A stretch of 64,000 bases of DNA from Inhella proteolytica (GTDB taxonomy: Bacteria; Pseudomonadota; Gammaproteobacteria; Burkholderiales; Burkholderiaceae_C). Made by a program: the position numbers and the translations under genes. The notes under the pieces were generated by a model, which did not search any database, was not told the origin of the DNA, and saw only the letters and a program-made list of their open reading frames with translations. Below, piece after piece: positions 37,706-48,069 of this stretch. Each line of letters opens with the position of its first letter. Positions within the stretch are counted from its first letter, which is position 1. The stretch lies in assembly GCF_016093275.1 (NCBI RefSeq), contig NZ_JAEDAK010000005.1, positions 1 to 64,000 on the forward strand, in the 5' to 3' direction.

Positions 37706-37945
37706 GGCTCAGCCCTGCCCCATCTCCCGCAACAAACTCATCACCTTGGTGGTGATGATGTCCACCGCCGGGCCGTTGGCGCCGTGCGGCAGGATCACGT
37801 CGGCGTTGCGCTTGGTCGGTTCAATGAACTGCTTGTGCATCGGGCGCACGGTTTCCAGGTACTGATTCACCACCGATTCGGTGCTGCGGCCGCGCTCGGA
37901 AATGTCGCGCTGCAGCCGGCGGATGAAGCGCACGTCCGAGGCCGT
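37706..37945. repeat. Direct repeat copy 2 (inside intact udk)
   Basis: See copy 1. Together they bracket the ~2.7-kb RTX-gene insert. Confidence 0.8.
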
Positions 37946-38350
37946 GTCCACGTAGATCTTCAGCGACATCATGTTGCGCAGCTTGGTGTCGTACAGCGCG
38001 AACAGGCCCTCGACCACGATGATGGGCGCCGGCTTGACGGTGATGGTCTCGTGCGAGCGGTTGTCGGCCGCGAAGTCGTACACGGGCATCTCGATGGCCT
38101 CGCCCTTGCGCAGTGCGGCCAGATGCTGGGCCATCAGCGGCCAGTCGAAGGCATCCGGGTGGTCGTAGTTCTGCTTGCGCCGGTCTTCCGGCGGCATGTG
38201 GGATTGGTCGCGGTAGTAGTCGTCCTGCATCACCACCGCCACTTTCTCCGGCCCGATGGCGGCCAGCACCTGGCGAGTCACCGTGGACTTGCCGCTGCCG
38301 CTGCCCCCGGCGACACCGATGACGAAAGGTTTGTGGGGGTTCTTGGGCAT
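37709..38350 (-). CDS. udk: Uridine kinase
   Basis: P-loop 'VIGVAGGSGSGKST' and full-length uridine/cytidine kinase pattern. Confidence 0.85.
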   Translation of the reverse strand: MPKNPHKPFVIGVAGGSGSGKSTVTRQVLAAIGPEKVAVVMQDDYYRDQSHMPPEDRRKQNYDHPDAFDWPLMAQHLAALRKGEAIEMPVYDFAADNRSHETITVKPAPIIVVEGLFALYDTKLRNMMSLKIYVDTASDVRFIRRLQRDISERGRSTESVVNQYLETVRPMHKQFIEPTKRNADVILPHGANGPAVDIITTKVMSLLREMGQG

Positions 38351-38432
38351 GGGGGTCCGGCGCGGGGTGGGGGAAGCCGGCGAATTTTGCCGGCTGGCAC
38401 ACTGCCGCCGCCCTCCACCCGATCACGCCGTC

Positions 38433-38951
38433 ATGAACCCAGCTGAAATCCCGTCGTCTGCTGTCCGCGGTATCGAGGCGCGGCAAGTGTTCCAGTGGCT
38501 GAGCTATGCGCAGTACCCCGCCCTGCTGGTGACGACGGTCTACATGGTTCAAGCCGTGATCGCGCTGACCGCCTTCCGCACCGCGGGCTGGGGGCCGGTG
38601 TTCGATCTGCTGAACCTGGTGCTGCTCTACGGCGGCGTGGCCATCGGCCTTTCGTCGTTGCAGGACCCGAGCAAGACGCAGAACAAGATCTCGCGACGCG
38701 TCTGGATGGATCCGGCCAAGGGCCGGGTGCTGCTCTGGGTCCTGGCCCTGGAGGCCTTCGTGCCGATCGCGCTGGGCCTGGTGGGGGCCTCGCTCGCCAA
38801 AGACACGGTGGTGAGCCAGCTGGCCTTGGGCCTGGTGGCCTTCGGCCTGGGCATGATCGGCCTGCTGAAGACGGCCATCGAGATGCGCGAGCACCATCGC
38901 CTGGATCGCGTGCCGGCAGCGCCCCCGGCCGCGGCCGGCGCTGGGTCCTGA
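38433..38951 (+). CDS. Hypothetical integral membrane protein
   Basis: Four predicted TM helices and codon bias. Start at MNPAEIP. Confidence 0.5.
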   Translation: MNPAEIPSSAVRGIEARQVFQWLSYAQYPALLVTTVYMVQAVIALTAFRTAGWGPVFDLLNLVLLYGGVAIGLSSLQDPSKTQNKISRRVWMDPAKGRVLLWVLALEAFVPIALGLVGASLAKDTVVSQLALGLVAFGLGMIGLLKTAIEMREHHRLDRVPAAPPAAAGAGS

Positions 38952-39062
38952 TCCGCAGCCGTGCCCCGCTGGGGGCGCAGGCGCTCCCAGACGGCGCTGC
39001 CCCGACAATGCGCGCCCGCCAAGTCTTGGCCCCCTTTCCCTTCAAGCAATCGACGTACGGCC

Positions 39063-39374
39063 ATGGACCTGAAGCTCCCCATCCAAATCATTGACGAACT
39101 CAGCGACGGCGAGGTGCGCGCCACCGGCGAGCTGGACCTGGCCTGCGGCGAGATCCGCAACGTGCGCTACGAGGACTACGACGTGGCCACCCAGGGCGTG
39201 CCCGCTGCGCAAGAGGACTACGAGTTCACCGTGGGCATCCTGAGCAACGGCACGCGCGAGGTGGAGTTCCGCGTCGAGGCCGATGCCGTCAGTGGCCGCT
39301 ACTCCATCACCGCCAGCGAGCTGCTGGAACTCAAGGGCCGCGCCGCCAAGCTGTTCACGCGCGCGCCGGGCTGA
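39063..39374 (+). CDS. Hypothetical small acidic protein
   Basis: GC3-biased ORF starting MDLKLPIQIIDELSDGEV. Confidence 0.4.
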   Translation: MDLKLPIQIIDELSDGEVRATGELDLACGEIRNVRYEDYDVATQGVPAAQEDYEFTVGILSNGTREVEFRVEADAVSGRYSITASELLELKGRAAKLFTRAPG

Positions 39375-39419
39375 GGCGCCCCGCACGCTGGGTTCGAGGG
39401 CGTTCGGCGAAGGACACAA

Positions 39420-40154
39420 GTGGTGAGTTCGAAGCCCTGCAGCTACAGGTGCCTGAGCCCATCGAACGCGCAGCAGGCTGGGGCGAGCTCAAAGAACTTG
39501 AGTCTGACCCTCGCGCTGTGGGGGGCCTTGGCTTGGACCGCGAGTGCGTCCGCCCAAGGCCTGGAGCTGCAGGGCGCACACCATGACGAGGTGAGCACCA
39601 TCCGGCAGCTTGGGCAAGGCCGGATTGAGCGTGTCAGTCCCACGCGCTTGCGGATCAGCCTGCCCCGCAAGGCATTGGTTTTCGACGACCGGCCGCCATA
39701 CGACGAACCTTTGGCAGGCACCCGCTACCGATTCCTTGATCGGCGTGGAGGCTTCATCCTGCTCGGGTTGGAAGAGGATGAACATTCCCATGGGCTGCTG
39801 ATCGATGAAGAGACGGCGGCCGTGACGCCAGGGGGTGAGCGCGTCCTCTTCGCCCCCGATGGCCGCGCCTACTTCGCGGTGGAGCAGCACAACGGCATGG
39901 ACGCCGAGGTCTGGAAGGTCTACCACCGCGATGGCCGTGAAGCCTGGGCCGGTGCCAGCTACGTGCCCGACCCCCAGGAGCCCTTGCGCGCACGCTACTA
40001 CCTGGATGGCGTCAGCTGGTCGGCAAAAGGCGAGTTGCAGGCGCGGGCGGCCTGCGCTCAGCAGCCGCTGGAGCGCTGGTCCGTCAAGCTGATTCGGAAT
40101 GCTCAGGCCGAATGGACCTGGCGGCCGCTGCGGCCTTGTGGAACGAAGCGTTGA
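39420..40154 (+). CDS. Hypothetical secreted protein
   Basis: Signal-like 'LSLTLALWGALAWTASASAQG'. Start (GTG/ATG) uncertain. Confidence 0.45.
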   Translation: MVSSKPCSYRCLSPSNAQQAGASSKNLSLTLALWGALAWTASASAQGLELQGAHHDEVSTIRQLGQGRIERVSPTRLRISLPRKALVFDDRPPYDEPLAGTRYRFLDRRGGFILLGLEEDEHSHGLLIDEETAAVTPGGERVLFAPDGRAYFAVEQHNGMDAEVWKVYHRDGREAWAGASYVPDPQEPLRARYYLDGVSWSAKGELQARAACAQQPLERWSVKLIRNAQAEWTWRPLRPCGTKR

Positions 40155-40269
40155 ACCCGCTGGAACACCGGGCCGAGATTTCGCTGACGCGCTTCGTCAA
40201 GCTCAGCCTCTGAGCCTCACAGGCTCATGGCCTGGGCGCTACTTGAATTCTCCGCACTGCTGGGGCCAC

Positions 40270-41142
40270 TCAGAGCTCCGCCGGCTGCGTCGGCGCAAAC
40301 CCCGGGCCCGAGCCGGGCGCGGTCTCGTCGAACCCTGCCGGCACGGTCGGCGCAAAGCCGCGCGCGCGGGCCTCGTAGTCGGCGTCGTCGTCCAGCAGCT
40401 GCGCCGGGTCGGTGAAGGTCTCGGGTTGCGAGTCGGTGGGACCGGGCCAGAACACCTGCAAGGGTAGGCCGGCGGCCTGGCAGGCGCGCACCAGCGGGGC
40501 TTCCCATTCCATCGGGCCCTGCACCAGCAGGCGCAGCGCCTGGGTGCGCGGGGCCTGTTCCAGCAGCACGGCCACGAGCTCGGGTAGGGCGACGGACAGC
40601 AGCGGGTCGAACACGATCAGCGTGGCACGGCGCGGCTGGAACGCGCGCAGCAGGGCGCGGTGCTCGGAGCTGTAGTTGAGGTAACCGCAGTCCCAGGGGT
40701 CGTCGGCCTGGTGGCTGCGCCACCAGCACAGGTCGTTCAGCTTGACGCGCAGGCGCAGCCCCAGACCGGCTGCGCCACTGAGCGCTTGCAGCCGCGGCGC
40801 GCCGTCCAGGCTGCGGCAGGCGGCCTCCAGCGTGGCGGCATGGCGGGCTTCCGGGTCCAGCCAGAGGCCCACGGCCAGCGGCCGCTGCAAGGCCGTCGCT
40901 CCCCAAGGGCGCCACCAGGGGCGGTTGGCCGGGCCGGCGCCTTCCTGGCACCAGTGCTGCAGCGCGGCGAGCAGGGCGGGGTCGGCCTGGGTGGCGGCGC
41001 CTTGCCAAAGCGGCTGCGGCTGCACGCGCAGCAGGCGGCTGTCGAAGCGCCGGCTCAGCACCCAGGCGCTGCGCAGCAGCAGGGCCAGGACCGGCAGCAG
41101 CAGGAGCAGAGACAGGGTGGGCAGCGAGAAGGGCAAGTCCAT
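40270..41142 (-). CDS. Hypothetical membrane-anchored protein
   Basis: Start at MDLPFSLPTLSLLLLLPVLALLL (N-terminal TM anchor). The long upstream extension in the track is unsupported. Confidence 0.5.
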   Translation of the reverse strand: MDLPFSLPTLSLLLLLPVLALLLRSAWVLSRRFDSRLLRVQPQPLWQGAATQADPALLAALQHWCQEGAGPANRPWWRPWGATALQRPLAVGLWLDPEARHAATLEAACRSLDGAPRLQALSGAAGLGLRLRVKLNDLCWWRSHQADDPWDCGYLNYSSEHRALLRAFQPRRATLIVFDPLLSVALPELVAVLLEQAPRTQALRLLVQGPMEWEAPLVRACQAAGLPLQVFWPGPTDSQPETFTDPAQLLDDDADYEARARGFAPTVPAGFDETAPGSGPGFAPTQPAEL

Positions 41143-41456
41143 GACGCAGGCGGCAGGCTGGGCGAGGGCTGCCAGCTTAGTTCTGCTTGCGCGTGGGCCA
41201 GGGGTTGGCAGCGCGCGCAGGGGCGGGAAGGCGGCATAAGGTCGCACGGCTGCGGGTCGGCCCTGGGCAGCGGAGCAGGCGGCTGCCGGCCAGCCCCCGA
41301 TAGAGTCGCGCCCCGGCCCGCTTGACTCCAGAGTGGAATCCGGATGGGCCGCGGAATGGCCGAAGTAGCCGGAGTTGCGGGCCTCGCGGCGCCGCATCCC
41401 ATCGAACGCATCGCGATCAGAGGGCGAGTGCACTTGCCCCATCAGGAAGGAGCCCC

Positions 41457-43145
41457 ATGTCCCACCCATCCATGGCCAGGGTCGCTGCGGCCTCGCCACA
41501 GCCCGCAACGGTCTGGCAGATGCTGCCGTTCTGTCTGCGCCTGCCGTTGCGCTTCGGCCCCTTGGTGTTCCTGGGCAGTCTGGCCCTCGCCGCCGTTCTG
41601 GCCAGCCTGGTGCTGGGCGCCTTTGGGCTGGTGTTCAAGGGCATCCTGATCTTTCTGGGCCTGCGCTACGGCTTCAACATGCTGGAGCTGCTGTCGCGGG
41701 GGCGGTTCGAGGGGGAATCACCGAACTTCTCGGTCTGGGGCGGCAGCGACCGCCGCCCGGGCAAGTTGGCGCTGGTGCTGACGCTGTTCATCGTGCTCGG
41801 CGGCCTGCTGGGCAATCTGGTGCTCGATCGTCGTATCGCCAATGACACCAAGACGCAGGACGCGCTGGTGCGCATCTACGAGGCGCAGAACGCCGAGTCC
41901 CTGCAGGTCTTGCGCCGCGAGCACGAGGCACTGGCCGCGGCACGTGCGGCCGCGGTGGCTGAACGCGAGCGTCAACGCGCGCGGCAGCTGGCGGCCGCGC
42001 CGGCAGAGGGAGAAGACGGCGCCGAAGGCGAGTCGGCAGTGGAGCTGGGCCCTGCCGATCTGGAAAGCGAGTTCACGGCGCATGCCCTGCCCAGCCGGGA
42101 GGAGATGGTGCAGGCCGCCCGCCCCCAGACCTTTGCCGCGGCCTGGTTTTCGCTGCTACCGGCCTGGTACTGGCTGGTGGCCGCGCTCACGAGCCTGCTG
42201 CTGCCGGCGGCGGCGCTGGTCATCGCCACCGAGGATGCGTTCTTTCAAAGCCTGAACCCGCTGAACGTCGCCCGCTTCGTGGGCGCCATGGGGGCCGAGT
42301 ACTTCACGCTCTGGGGCCTGTTCCTGTTGATTGCCGGCGTGCGCCACGCGGTGCTGGTGATGGGCACCGGCTGGCCGACAGCGGTGGCCTTTCCCATCGA
42401 GCTGACGCTGGCCACCTATCTGTTCTGGGTGCTGTGCGCGCTGATGGGCTATGCGCTGTACCGCCATCACGAGGCGCTGGGCCACGAAGTGGAGTTTGAC
42501 TTCGAGACCCAGCAGCGCGCCGGTGGCGTGGAAGCCATTGCCCGCGCCGGCAGCACCGAACGCGCGCTGCGTGCCCAGCAGCCGACCGACCCCTTCGAAC
42601 GCCGCGTGCACGAGCTGCTGGCCGACGGAAAGATCGACGCTGCGATTGATGTGGTGCGCGACGAAATGCGCTACGACCGCTTGGACGCGCCGCTGAACCT
42701 GCGCCTGCACGCGCTGCTGCAGCGCCAGGGGCAGCGCGAGGCCATCCTGGCCCATGGGCCGCAACTGCTGCGCGCCTTGGCGCGGGCGGAACGCGGCAAG
42801 GACCTGCTGGCGGCCCTGCAAGATTTGCGCAAGCTCGATCCGTCGGTCGAGCTGCCCGACGGGGTGGGCACGGCAGCCGCCGCCGAGGCCGCCCTCGCGA
42901 AGGGCGACGCAAGCAGCGCCACGCAGCTGCTCAAAGGCTTCGACAAGCGCTGGCCCCAGCACCCCGAAGCGCCGCGCGTCTACTTTCTGGGCGCTCGCCT
43001 GATGAGCGAGCACGGGCGCGACCACGACCGTGCCGCACGCCTGCTGCAAGGGCTGCTCGCGCGCTTCCCCGAGCACGCCGTGGTGGCCGAGGCGCAGCAG
43101 TACCTGCAGGTGCTGGAACGCATGCGCAAGCCCGGCGCGGCCTGA
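41457..43145 (+). CDS. Polytopic membrane protein with C-terminal TPR-like helical domain
   Basis: Start MSHPSMARV preceded by GGAAGGAG RBS. About 8 TM helices. C-terminal helical repeats. Confidence 0.55.
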   Translation: MSHPSMARVAAASPQPATVWQMLPFCLRLPLRFGPLVFLGSLALAAVLASLVLGAFGLVFKGILIFLGLRYGFNMLELLSRGRFEGESPNFSVWGGSDRRPGKLALVLTLFIVLGGLLGNLVLDRRIANDTKTQDALVRIYEAQNAESLQVLRREHEALAAARAAAVAERERQRARQLAAAPAEGEDGAEGESAVELGPADLESEFTAHALPSREEMVQAARPQTFAAAWFSLLPAWYWLVAALTSLLLPAAALVIATEDAFFQSLNPLNVARFVGAMGAEYFTLWGLFLLIAGVRHAVLVMGTGWPTAVAFPIELTLATYLFWVLCALMGYALYRHHEALGHEVEFDFETQQRAGGVEAIARAGSTERALRAQQPTDPFERRVHELLADGKIDAAIDVVRDEMRYDRLDAPLNLRLHALLQRQGQREAILAHGPQLLRALARAERGKDLLAALQDLRKLDPSVELPDGVGTAAAAEAALAKGDASSATQLLKGFDKRWPQHPEAPRVYFLGARLMSEHGRDHDRAARLLQGLLARFPEHAVVAEAQQYLQVLERMRKPGAA

Positions 43146-43158
43146 GGCCCACCAGGGC

Positions 43159-43629
43159 TCAGCCGGCCTTGCGCTCCACCACCGCCACCGCCGGCGTGCA
43201 GCGCAGCTGGGCCTCGGCCTGGCCGCGCCGCTTGGGCAGGAAGTGGCAGTGCCGCACGGGCTCGGGCAGTTGCAGCACGCGCCGTGTCTGGTCCTGGTAC
43301 TGGCAGTGCACCCAGACCTGGCGGCCGGCCTGGTAGACGTAGGCCAACGGCCAGCTGTCGCGGCCCTGCGCATCGGGTTCGGGCACCAGCGAGGCCAGCT
43401 CTTCCGGTGGGCCGTCGAACACGGTCACCTGGCGCAGGGCGCTTGCAGGCTGGCTGGGGCAGACGGATACCCAGGGGCTTGGGTCGGCCCGCGCCAGCAG
43501 CGGTGCGGCCAGGGCCAACAGGGTGACCGCCCCGCTCCAAAGCGGGCTGAGGCTCGCCCTGACCCCAGAGGGCCGCCGGCCGTCGCGGGTCGGGGTGATG
43601 CAGGGGTCGGGGCGGGCCATGTCAGGCAT
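43159..43629 (-). CDS. Hypothetical secreted protein
   Basis: Signal-like N-terminus, Cys-containing. Weak evidence only. Confidence 0.35.
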   Translation of the reverse strand: MPDMARPDPCITPTRDGRRPSGVRASLSPLWSGAVTLLALAAPLLARADPSPWVSVCPSQPASALRQVTVFDGPPEELASLVPEPDAQGRDSWPLAYVYQAGRQVWVHCQYQDQTRRVLQLPEPVRHCHFLPKRRGQAEAQLRCTPAVAVVERKAG

Positions 43630-43684
43630 GAAGTGAGGGTGCGAGTGCAGGTGCGGGCACTCTAGCCAGCCAGGGTCTGCCAGC

Positions 43685-45742
43685 TCACAACCACAGGCGC
43701 AGCAGCCCGAAGTCGTTGTTGCTGCTGCTCACCTCGCCGCCCAGGATGGCGCGCACCGTGGGCACGCGCTCGTCGCTCTGCAGCACCATGCCGCGGGCGT
43801 TGTCGGCGCGGGTGCCGGCGGCCACGGGGCGCAGGGCGATGCCGGCTTCGCCGAAGGAGGTGTCGAGCGCGCCGCTGGGCAGCAGGCGCACGGCCACGAA
43901 GTCGCCGGCGGAGCTGTTGTCGCGGTAGCTCCAGCCACCCAGCAGCAGCTTGCCGTCGGCCTGGCGCGCCACGGCGGTGGCGTTGTCCCAGTTGGCCGGG
44001 TTCACCGGCACGGTGACGAGGCCGCCCTGGCCGAAGCTGGCGTCGAGCGTGCCGGCGGGAGTGAGCTGGGCGGCGGCGAAGTCGTTATAGATGCCGCCGG
44101 CCAGCACCATCTGCCCGCCGGGCAGCAGCGCCACCGAGCGCGCCGCGCCGATGTTGCGGCCGAACAGGCCGACCACCTTGCCGCCGTTGCCGAAGCTGGC
44201 GTCCAGCGTGCCGTTGGGCAGGTAGCGCGCGGCCTGGAAGTCGCCCTCGCCGCCCACGGCCAGGATGCGCTGCTGGCCATCAATCACCGGCAGGGCCAGG
44301 GCGTAGACGAGGTCGCCGCCGCTGTTGGCCGTCATGGGCGTGACCACCTTGCCGCCGTTGCCGAAGCCGGCGTCGAGCGTGCCGTCGGCGTTCAGACGGA
44401 TGAGCGCGAAATCCTGGCCGGTGGTGCTGGTGCTGGTGAGCGTGGTCCCGGCGGCGACGATCTTGCCGTCCGCCTGAATGGCGACGGCGTAGGCGCGGTC
44501 GGTGCCATTGCCGGTGCCGATGGGCAAGATGAAGCGGCCGCCGTCGGCAAAGCTCGGGTCGAGCGTGCCGTCAGGGCGGTAGCGCAGCACCAGGAAGTTG
44601 GCGTCGATGCCGGTGGCGTCCGTCCAGCCGGCGACGACGATCTTGCCGTCGGCCTGCACGGCCACCGCACGCGCGCTGTCGCCGCGCGCGCCGACCTGAG
44701 TGATGACCTTGCCGCCGTTGCCGAAGCTGGGGTCGAGGCCGCCGTCGCGCAGATGGCGGGTGAGGGCGACCACGGTGCCGGCGCTGATGGCGGTGGTGCC
44801 GGCGGTGAGGATCTTGCCGTCCGCCTGCACGGCCACGGCATGCGCGTAGTCCTCGCTGCTGGCCACTGGGGTGATCTGCGTGCCGCCGCCGAAGGAGGTG
44901 TCCACCGCGCCGGCCACGCCGCGCACGGTGAGGGTGAGCGGGGCGCTGGCTGCGGCCTCGAGCGCGCCTGCTGCCGGGCTCGTGCCGGCGGTGACCGGTC
45001 CGCCGAAGCTCGCGCGGGCCGTCAGCTGGATGGCCGTGGGCAGGGTGTGCGCGGCTGAGGCCTGCGCGACCAGGGTGAGCTCAACCTCGCTTGCGCCCGC
45101 CGCCACGGTGACCGGCGCCGCGCTGACGCCCTCCGGCAGGCCGGACAGCGACAGCTGCACCGGGCCGCTGAAGCCGTTCAGGCGTTCGACGTTGACGCGC
45201 AGCTTGGTGCTGCTGCCCTGCACCAGCTGCAGCTTGTCGACCGCGGGGGTGCTGCGGGCGCCGGCGGCATTGGGGCTGATGAAGTCGCTCACCGCGCCCA
45301 CATGCACCGGGTTGTTGCCGAAGGCACCGCCCATCACGTAGACGCCATTGCGCACGTAGGGGCCGTCTTGGAGCACGACGCCCAGGTAGACGCCCGTGCT
45401 GGGGTAATGGCGGAAGGCGAAGGGCGATAACCAGTTGGTGGCAGCCGGCCCCGCGAAGTACTGCGGGAAGTTGGCGACGGCGAAGTCCATCAGCTGATTG
45501 GCAGCGGCCAGCGGGTCGTGGAGCACGAGGCTGGGCGGGGCTTCGGTGGCGCTGGCGGCCAGCGCTTGGCGGCGGGTGCCACCGGCGGTGGCCAGGGCGC
45601 TGGCGGCGGCCTGGGCGGTGGGCGCGGCGGCCGCCAGGCTGAGTTCGGCGTGCTCGTCGCCGCCGCCGCAGGCGCTCAGGGTGGCCGCCATGGTGGCGGC
45701 CAGCAGCGTGGTGGTGGCCCAGCGGCCCAGTCGGGAGTGCAT
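43685..45742 (-). CDS. Delta-60 repeat lipoprotein
   Basis: Lipobox 'ATLSAC'. About 9 tandem 'LDxSFGxxGxV...GK(I/L)V(V/L)AG' delta-60-type repeats. Confidence 0.7.
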   Translation of the reverse strand: MHSRLGRWATTTLLAATMAATLSACGGGDEHAELSLAAAAPTAQAAASALATAGGTRRQALAASATEAPPSLVLHDPLAAANQLMDFAVANFPQYFAGPAATNWLSPFAFRHYPSTGVYLGVVLQDGPYVRNGVYVMGGAFGNNPVHVGAVSDFISPNAAGARSTPAVDKLQLVQGSSTKLRVNVERLNGFSGPVQLSLSGLPEGVSAAPVTVAAGASEVELTLVAQASAAHTLPTAIQLTARASFGGPVTAGTSPAAGALEAAASAPLTLTVRGVAGAVDTSFGGGTQITPVASSEDYAHAVAVQADGKILTAGTTAISAGTVVALTRHLRDGGLDPSFGNGGKVITQVGARGDSARAVAVQADGKIVVAGWTDATGIDANFLVLRYRPDGTLDPSFADGGRFILPIGTGNGTDRAYAVAIQADGKIVAAGTTLTSTSTTGQDFALIRLNADGTLDAGFGNGGKVVTPMTANSGGDLVYALALPVIDGQQRILAVGGEGDFQAARYLPNGTLDASFGNGGKVVGLFGRNIGAARSVALLPGGQMVLAGGIYNDFAAAQLTPAGTLDASFGQGGLVTVPVNPANWDNATAVARQADGKLLLGGWSYRDNSSAGDFVAVRLLPSGALDTSFGEAGIALRPVAAGTRADNARGMVLQSDERVPTVRAILGGEVSSSNNDFGLLRLWL

Positions 45743-46018
45743 TGCAAAGTCCTTGGTGACGATGCCTGGCACTCTAGGAATCCGGCGTGCCGCCGGCATC
45801 GGCCAAACGGGCCATTGCGGGGCTCAAGAAGGACCAGAGACCCCTGGGTGCGGGGGGCCTGGCGGGGCTGTCCATGTCGGAAGTGATGGGGTGGGCATGG
45901 ACGCCCAGCCCGCAAGACCTCGAATTGGATGTTTTTTGGATCGCCCACCGGCGCACCGGCGCCCCGCTGAGGCGCCGCCTCGTGAATCATGGCCGCACCA
46001 CTTCCAAGAGGGTCTCCC

Positions 46019-46294
46019 ATGCAAGGAAAGTACTTCGTCGCCGGCCTCTGCCTGAGCGTGCTGGCCGCTTCGGCCGGCGCCCAGTCCAAGGGCCCCACCG
46101 AGGCGCAATGCCGCAGCCTGATCGACGGCATGCTGGACACCATGAAGGCCACGCCGCTCAAGACCGACAAGGAGAAGCAGGGCGCGCGCGAACTGATCGA
46201 GCGCGTGGAGAAGCTGGTGAAGGGCAACCGCGCGCGCGGCGTGCCGGAGTGCGAGACCTACGCGGCGATGGCCAAGATCATTGCCAATCAATGA
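46019..46294 (+). CDS. Hypothetical small secreted protein
   Basis: Signal peptide MQGKYFVAGLCLSVLAASAGAQS. Two Cys. Confidence 0.4.
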   Translation: MQGKYFVAGLCLSVLAASAGAQSKGPTEAQCRSLIDGMLDTMKATPLKTDKEKQGARELIERVEKLVKGNRARGVPECETYAAMAKIIANQ

Positions 46295-46345
46295 AGGGGG
46301 CTGGCGCCCGGGTGGCGCTCGTGCAGTGTCAGATCCGCCGCCGCC

Positions 46346-47116
46346 TCAGCCCAGCGCTGAAGGCGTCCGCCCGTACTCCGCCCGGAACGCGCTGCTGAAA
46401 TGGCTGTGTGACGAGAAGCCCAGGTCCAGGGCCAGTTCTGTCAGCCGGCCGCGCAGATCCGGCAGGCGGAACAGCGCCTCGCGCAGGCGCAGGCGGTTGA
46501 GCTGGCGGTGCAGGCTGCTGCCGGTGACGCGCCGGTACACGCGGCTGGCGTGGAAGGGCGAGGCGCCGCAGTCCTGCGCCAGGCGCTCCAGGCTCAAGGC
46601 CTCGCCGAAGCCTGTGGCCAGGCGTTCGTCCAGGGCGCGGGCCAGGCGCTGCCAGGCGGGGCTGGGGGGCGGGCCCGCGGGCCGCGCGGGGCCGGCGTCG
46701 CCCAGCACGCTCTCCACCAGCATCAGCGCCAGCTCGTCGCGGTCCAAGGTGTCAGTCGGGGCCTGGCGCAGCCGCCACTGCAGCAGCGCGCTGCGCGCCG
46801 AGGTGTGCACGGCACCCGGCCGGAACGAGGGGCCGAGTTCGTCCAGCAAGGCGTCGTCCAGCCCGATCGTGGTGGCGCGGCGCGGGCGCGCGGTGGGCGA
46901 GGCGTAGCCGTACACCTCGTGCGCGCCGTGCAGCAGCGCGGTGCCGGCGCGGGCCACCAGCTCCTGCCCGCGCAGGCGACGTAGATCCATGCCCGTGCTG
47001 GGCAGCTCGATCAAGGCCAGCGCCGGCTGCTCCTCCTGCCAGCCGCTTTGCTGCCCGGGGCAGTGCCACTCGCTGACGCGGGGCCGGGTGGGGTGGGCGG
47101 CGCGGTTGGGGGGCAT
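46346..47116 (-). CDS. AraC-family transcriptional regulator
   Basis: C-terminal AraC HTH ('LAQDCGASPFHASRVYRRVTGSSLHRQLNRLRLREALFRL...LGFSSHSHFSSAFRAEYGRTPS'). Start uncertain. Confidence 0.7.
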   Translation of the reverse strand: MPPNRAAHPTRPRVSEWHCPGQQSGWQEEQPALALIELPSTGMDLRRLRGQELVARAGTALLHGAHEVYGYASPTARPRRATTIGLDDALLDELGPSFRPGAVHTSARSALLQWRLRQAPTDTLDRDELALMLVESVLGDAGPARPAGPPPSPAWQRLARALDERLATGFGEALSLERLAQDCGASPFHASRVYRRVTGSSLHRQLNRLRLREALFRLPDLRGRLTELALDLGFSSHSHFSSAFRAEYGRTPSALG

Positions 47117-47173
47117 GGAGGGCGAGCAGGAATTTGATAGCGCGGTGGGGCGGGGCTTTGAAGAATAGGCCTC

Positions 47174-47770
47174 ATGAACTCCGAGCCGCCTGTCTGGACC
47201 CCCATCACCCCTGCAGCGCCGCGCCATCTCTTCATCCTGGGTAGTGCCCGCCAGGGTGGCAATGCCGAACGGCTGGCACGCCACGCGGCCGCGCACCTGC
47301 CCGCAGCCACCCCCGTGCAGTGGTTGTCGCTGCGTGAGCACCCCCTGCCGCCCTTCGAGGACCGCCGCCACGAACCCGGTGCGGTGTTCGCGCCGCCGCG
47401 CGGGCCCGAGGCCGAGCTGCTGGCGCACACCCTGGCGGCCGACCACCTGGTGTTCGTGGTGCCGGTCTACTGGTACAGCCTGCCGGCCGATGCCAAGCGC
47501 TACCTGGATTACTGGAGCGCCTGGCTACGCGTGCCGGGGGCGGAATTCCGTGCCCGCATGGCGGGCAAGACCCTGTCCGTCATCACCTGCCTGAGCGACG
47601 ACGACCCGGCGCTGGCCGAGCCCCTGCTCCAGACTCTGCGCCTGGGCGCGAGCTACATGGGCATGCGCTTCCATGGCGCGCTGGTGGCCTACGGCAACCG
47701 CCCGGGCGATGCATTGGCGCGGCCCGCCCAGCTGGCGGCGGCGGCACGGCTTTTTCAGCCGCCCGAGTAG
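47174..47770 (+). CDS. NAD(P)H-dependent FMN reductase-like flavodoxin-fold oxidoreductase
   Basis: 'HLFILGSARQGGNAERLARHAAAHL...LVFVVPVYWYSLPADAKRYLDYW' matches the NADPH-dependent FMN reductase family. Divergent from the AraC regulator. Confidence 0.65.
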   Translation: MNSEPPVWTPITPAAPRHLFILGSARQGGNAERLARHAAAHLPAATPVQWLSLREHPLPPFEDRRHEPGAVFAPPRGPEAELLAHTLAADHLVFVVPVYWYSLPADAKRYLDYWSAWLRVPGAEFRARMAGKTLSVITCLSDDDPALAEPLLQTLRLGASYMGMRFHGALVAYGNRPGDALARPAQLAAAARLFQPPE

Positions 47771-48069
47771 TGTGTCCAGGCACCGTGGCTTGTTGCGGGA
47801 TTTGCGGGCGCAAAACCACCTTGCCGTATGCAACCGAGCTTGGCGTTCGCGACGATCGGAGCATTCGCGCCACGCCGAATCGCCAGGTCCCGCGGCGCGT
47901 ACGCAGTCCGTTGCACTGGATCCAACTGGTCAGCGCGCTCACTTGGACAGCAGACTTGGAGTATTCAAAGGCGTCAGGGCGGCTGCGGACACCAGTCTCC
48001 CCAGAGGGCGTGGTGCTAAGGTGCCGCGGCGCCGTCTGATCGGCGCTTTCCTTTTTGCTTGAAGTCTTG

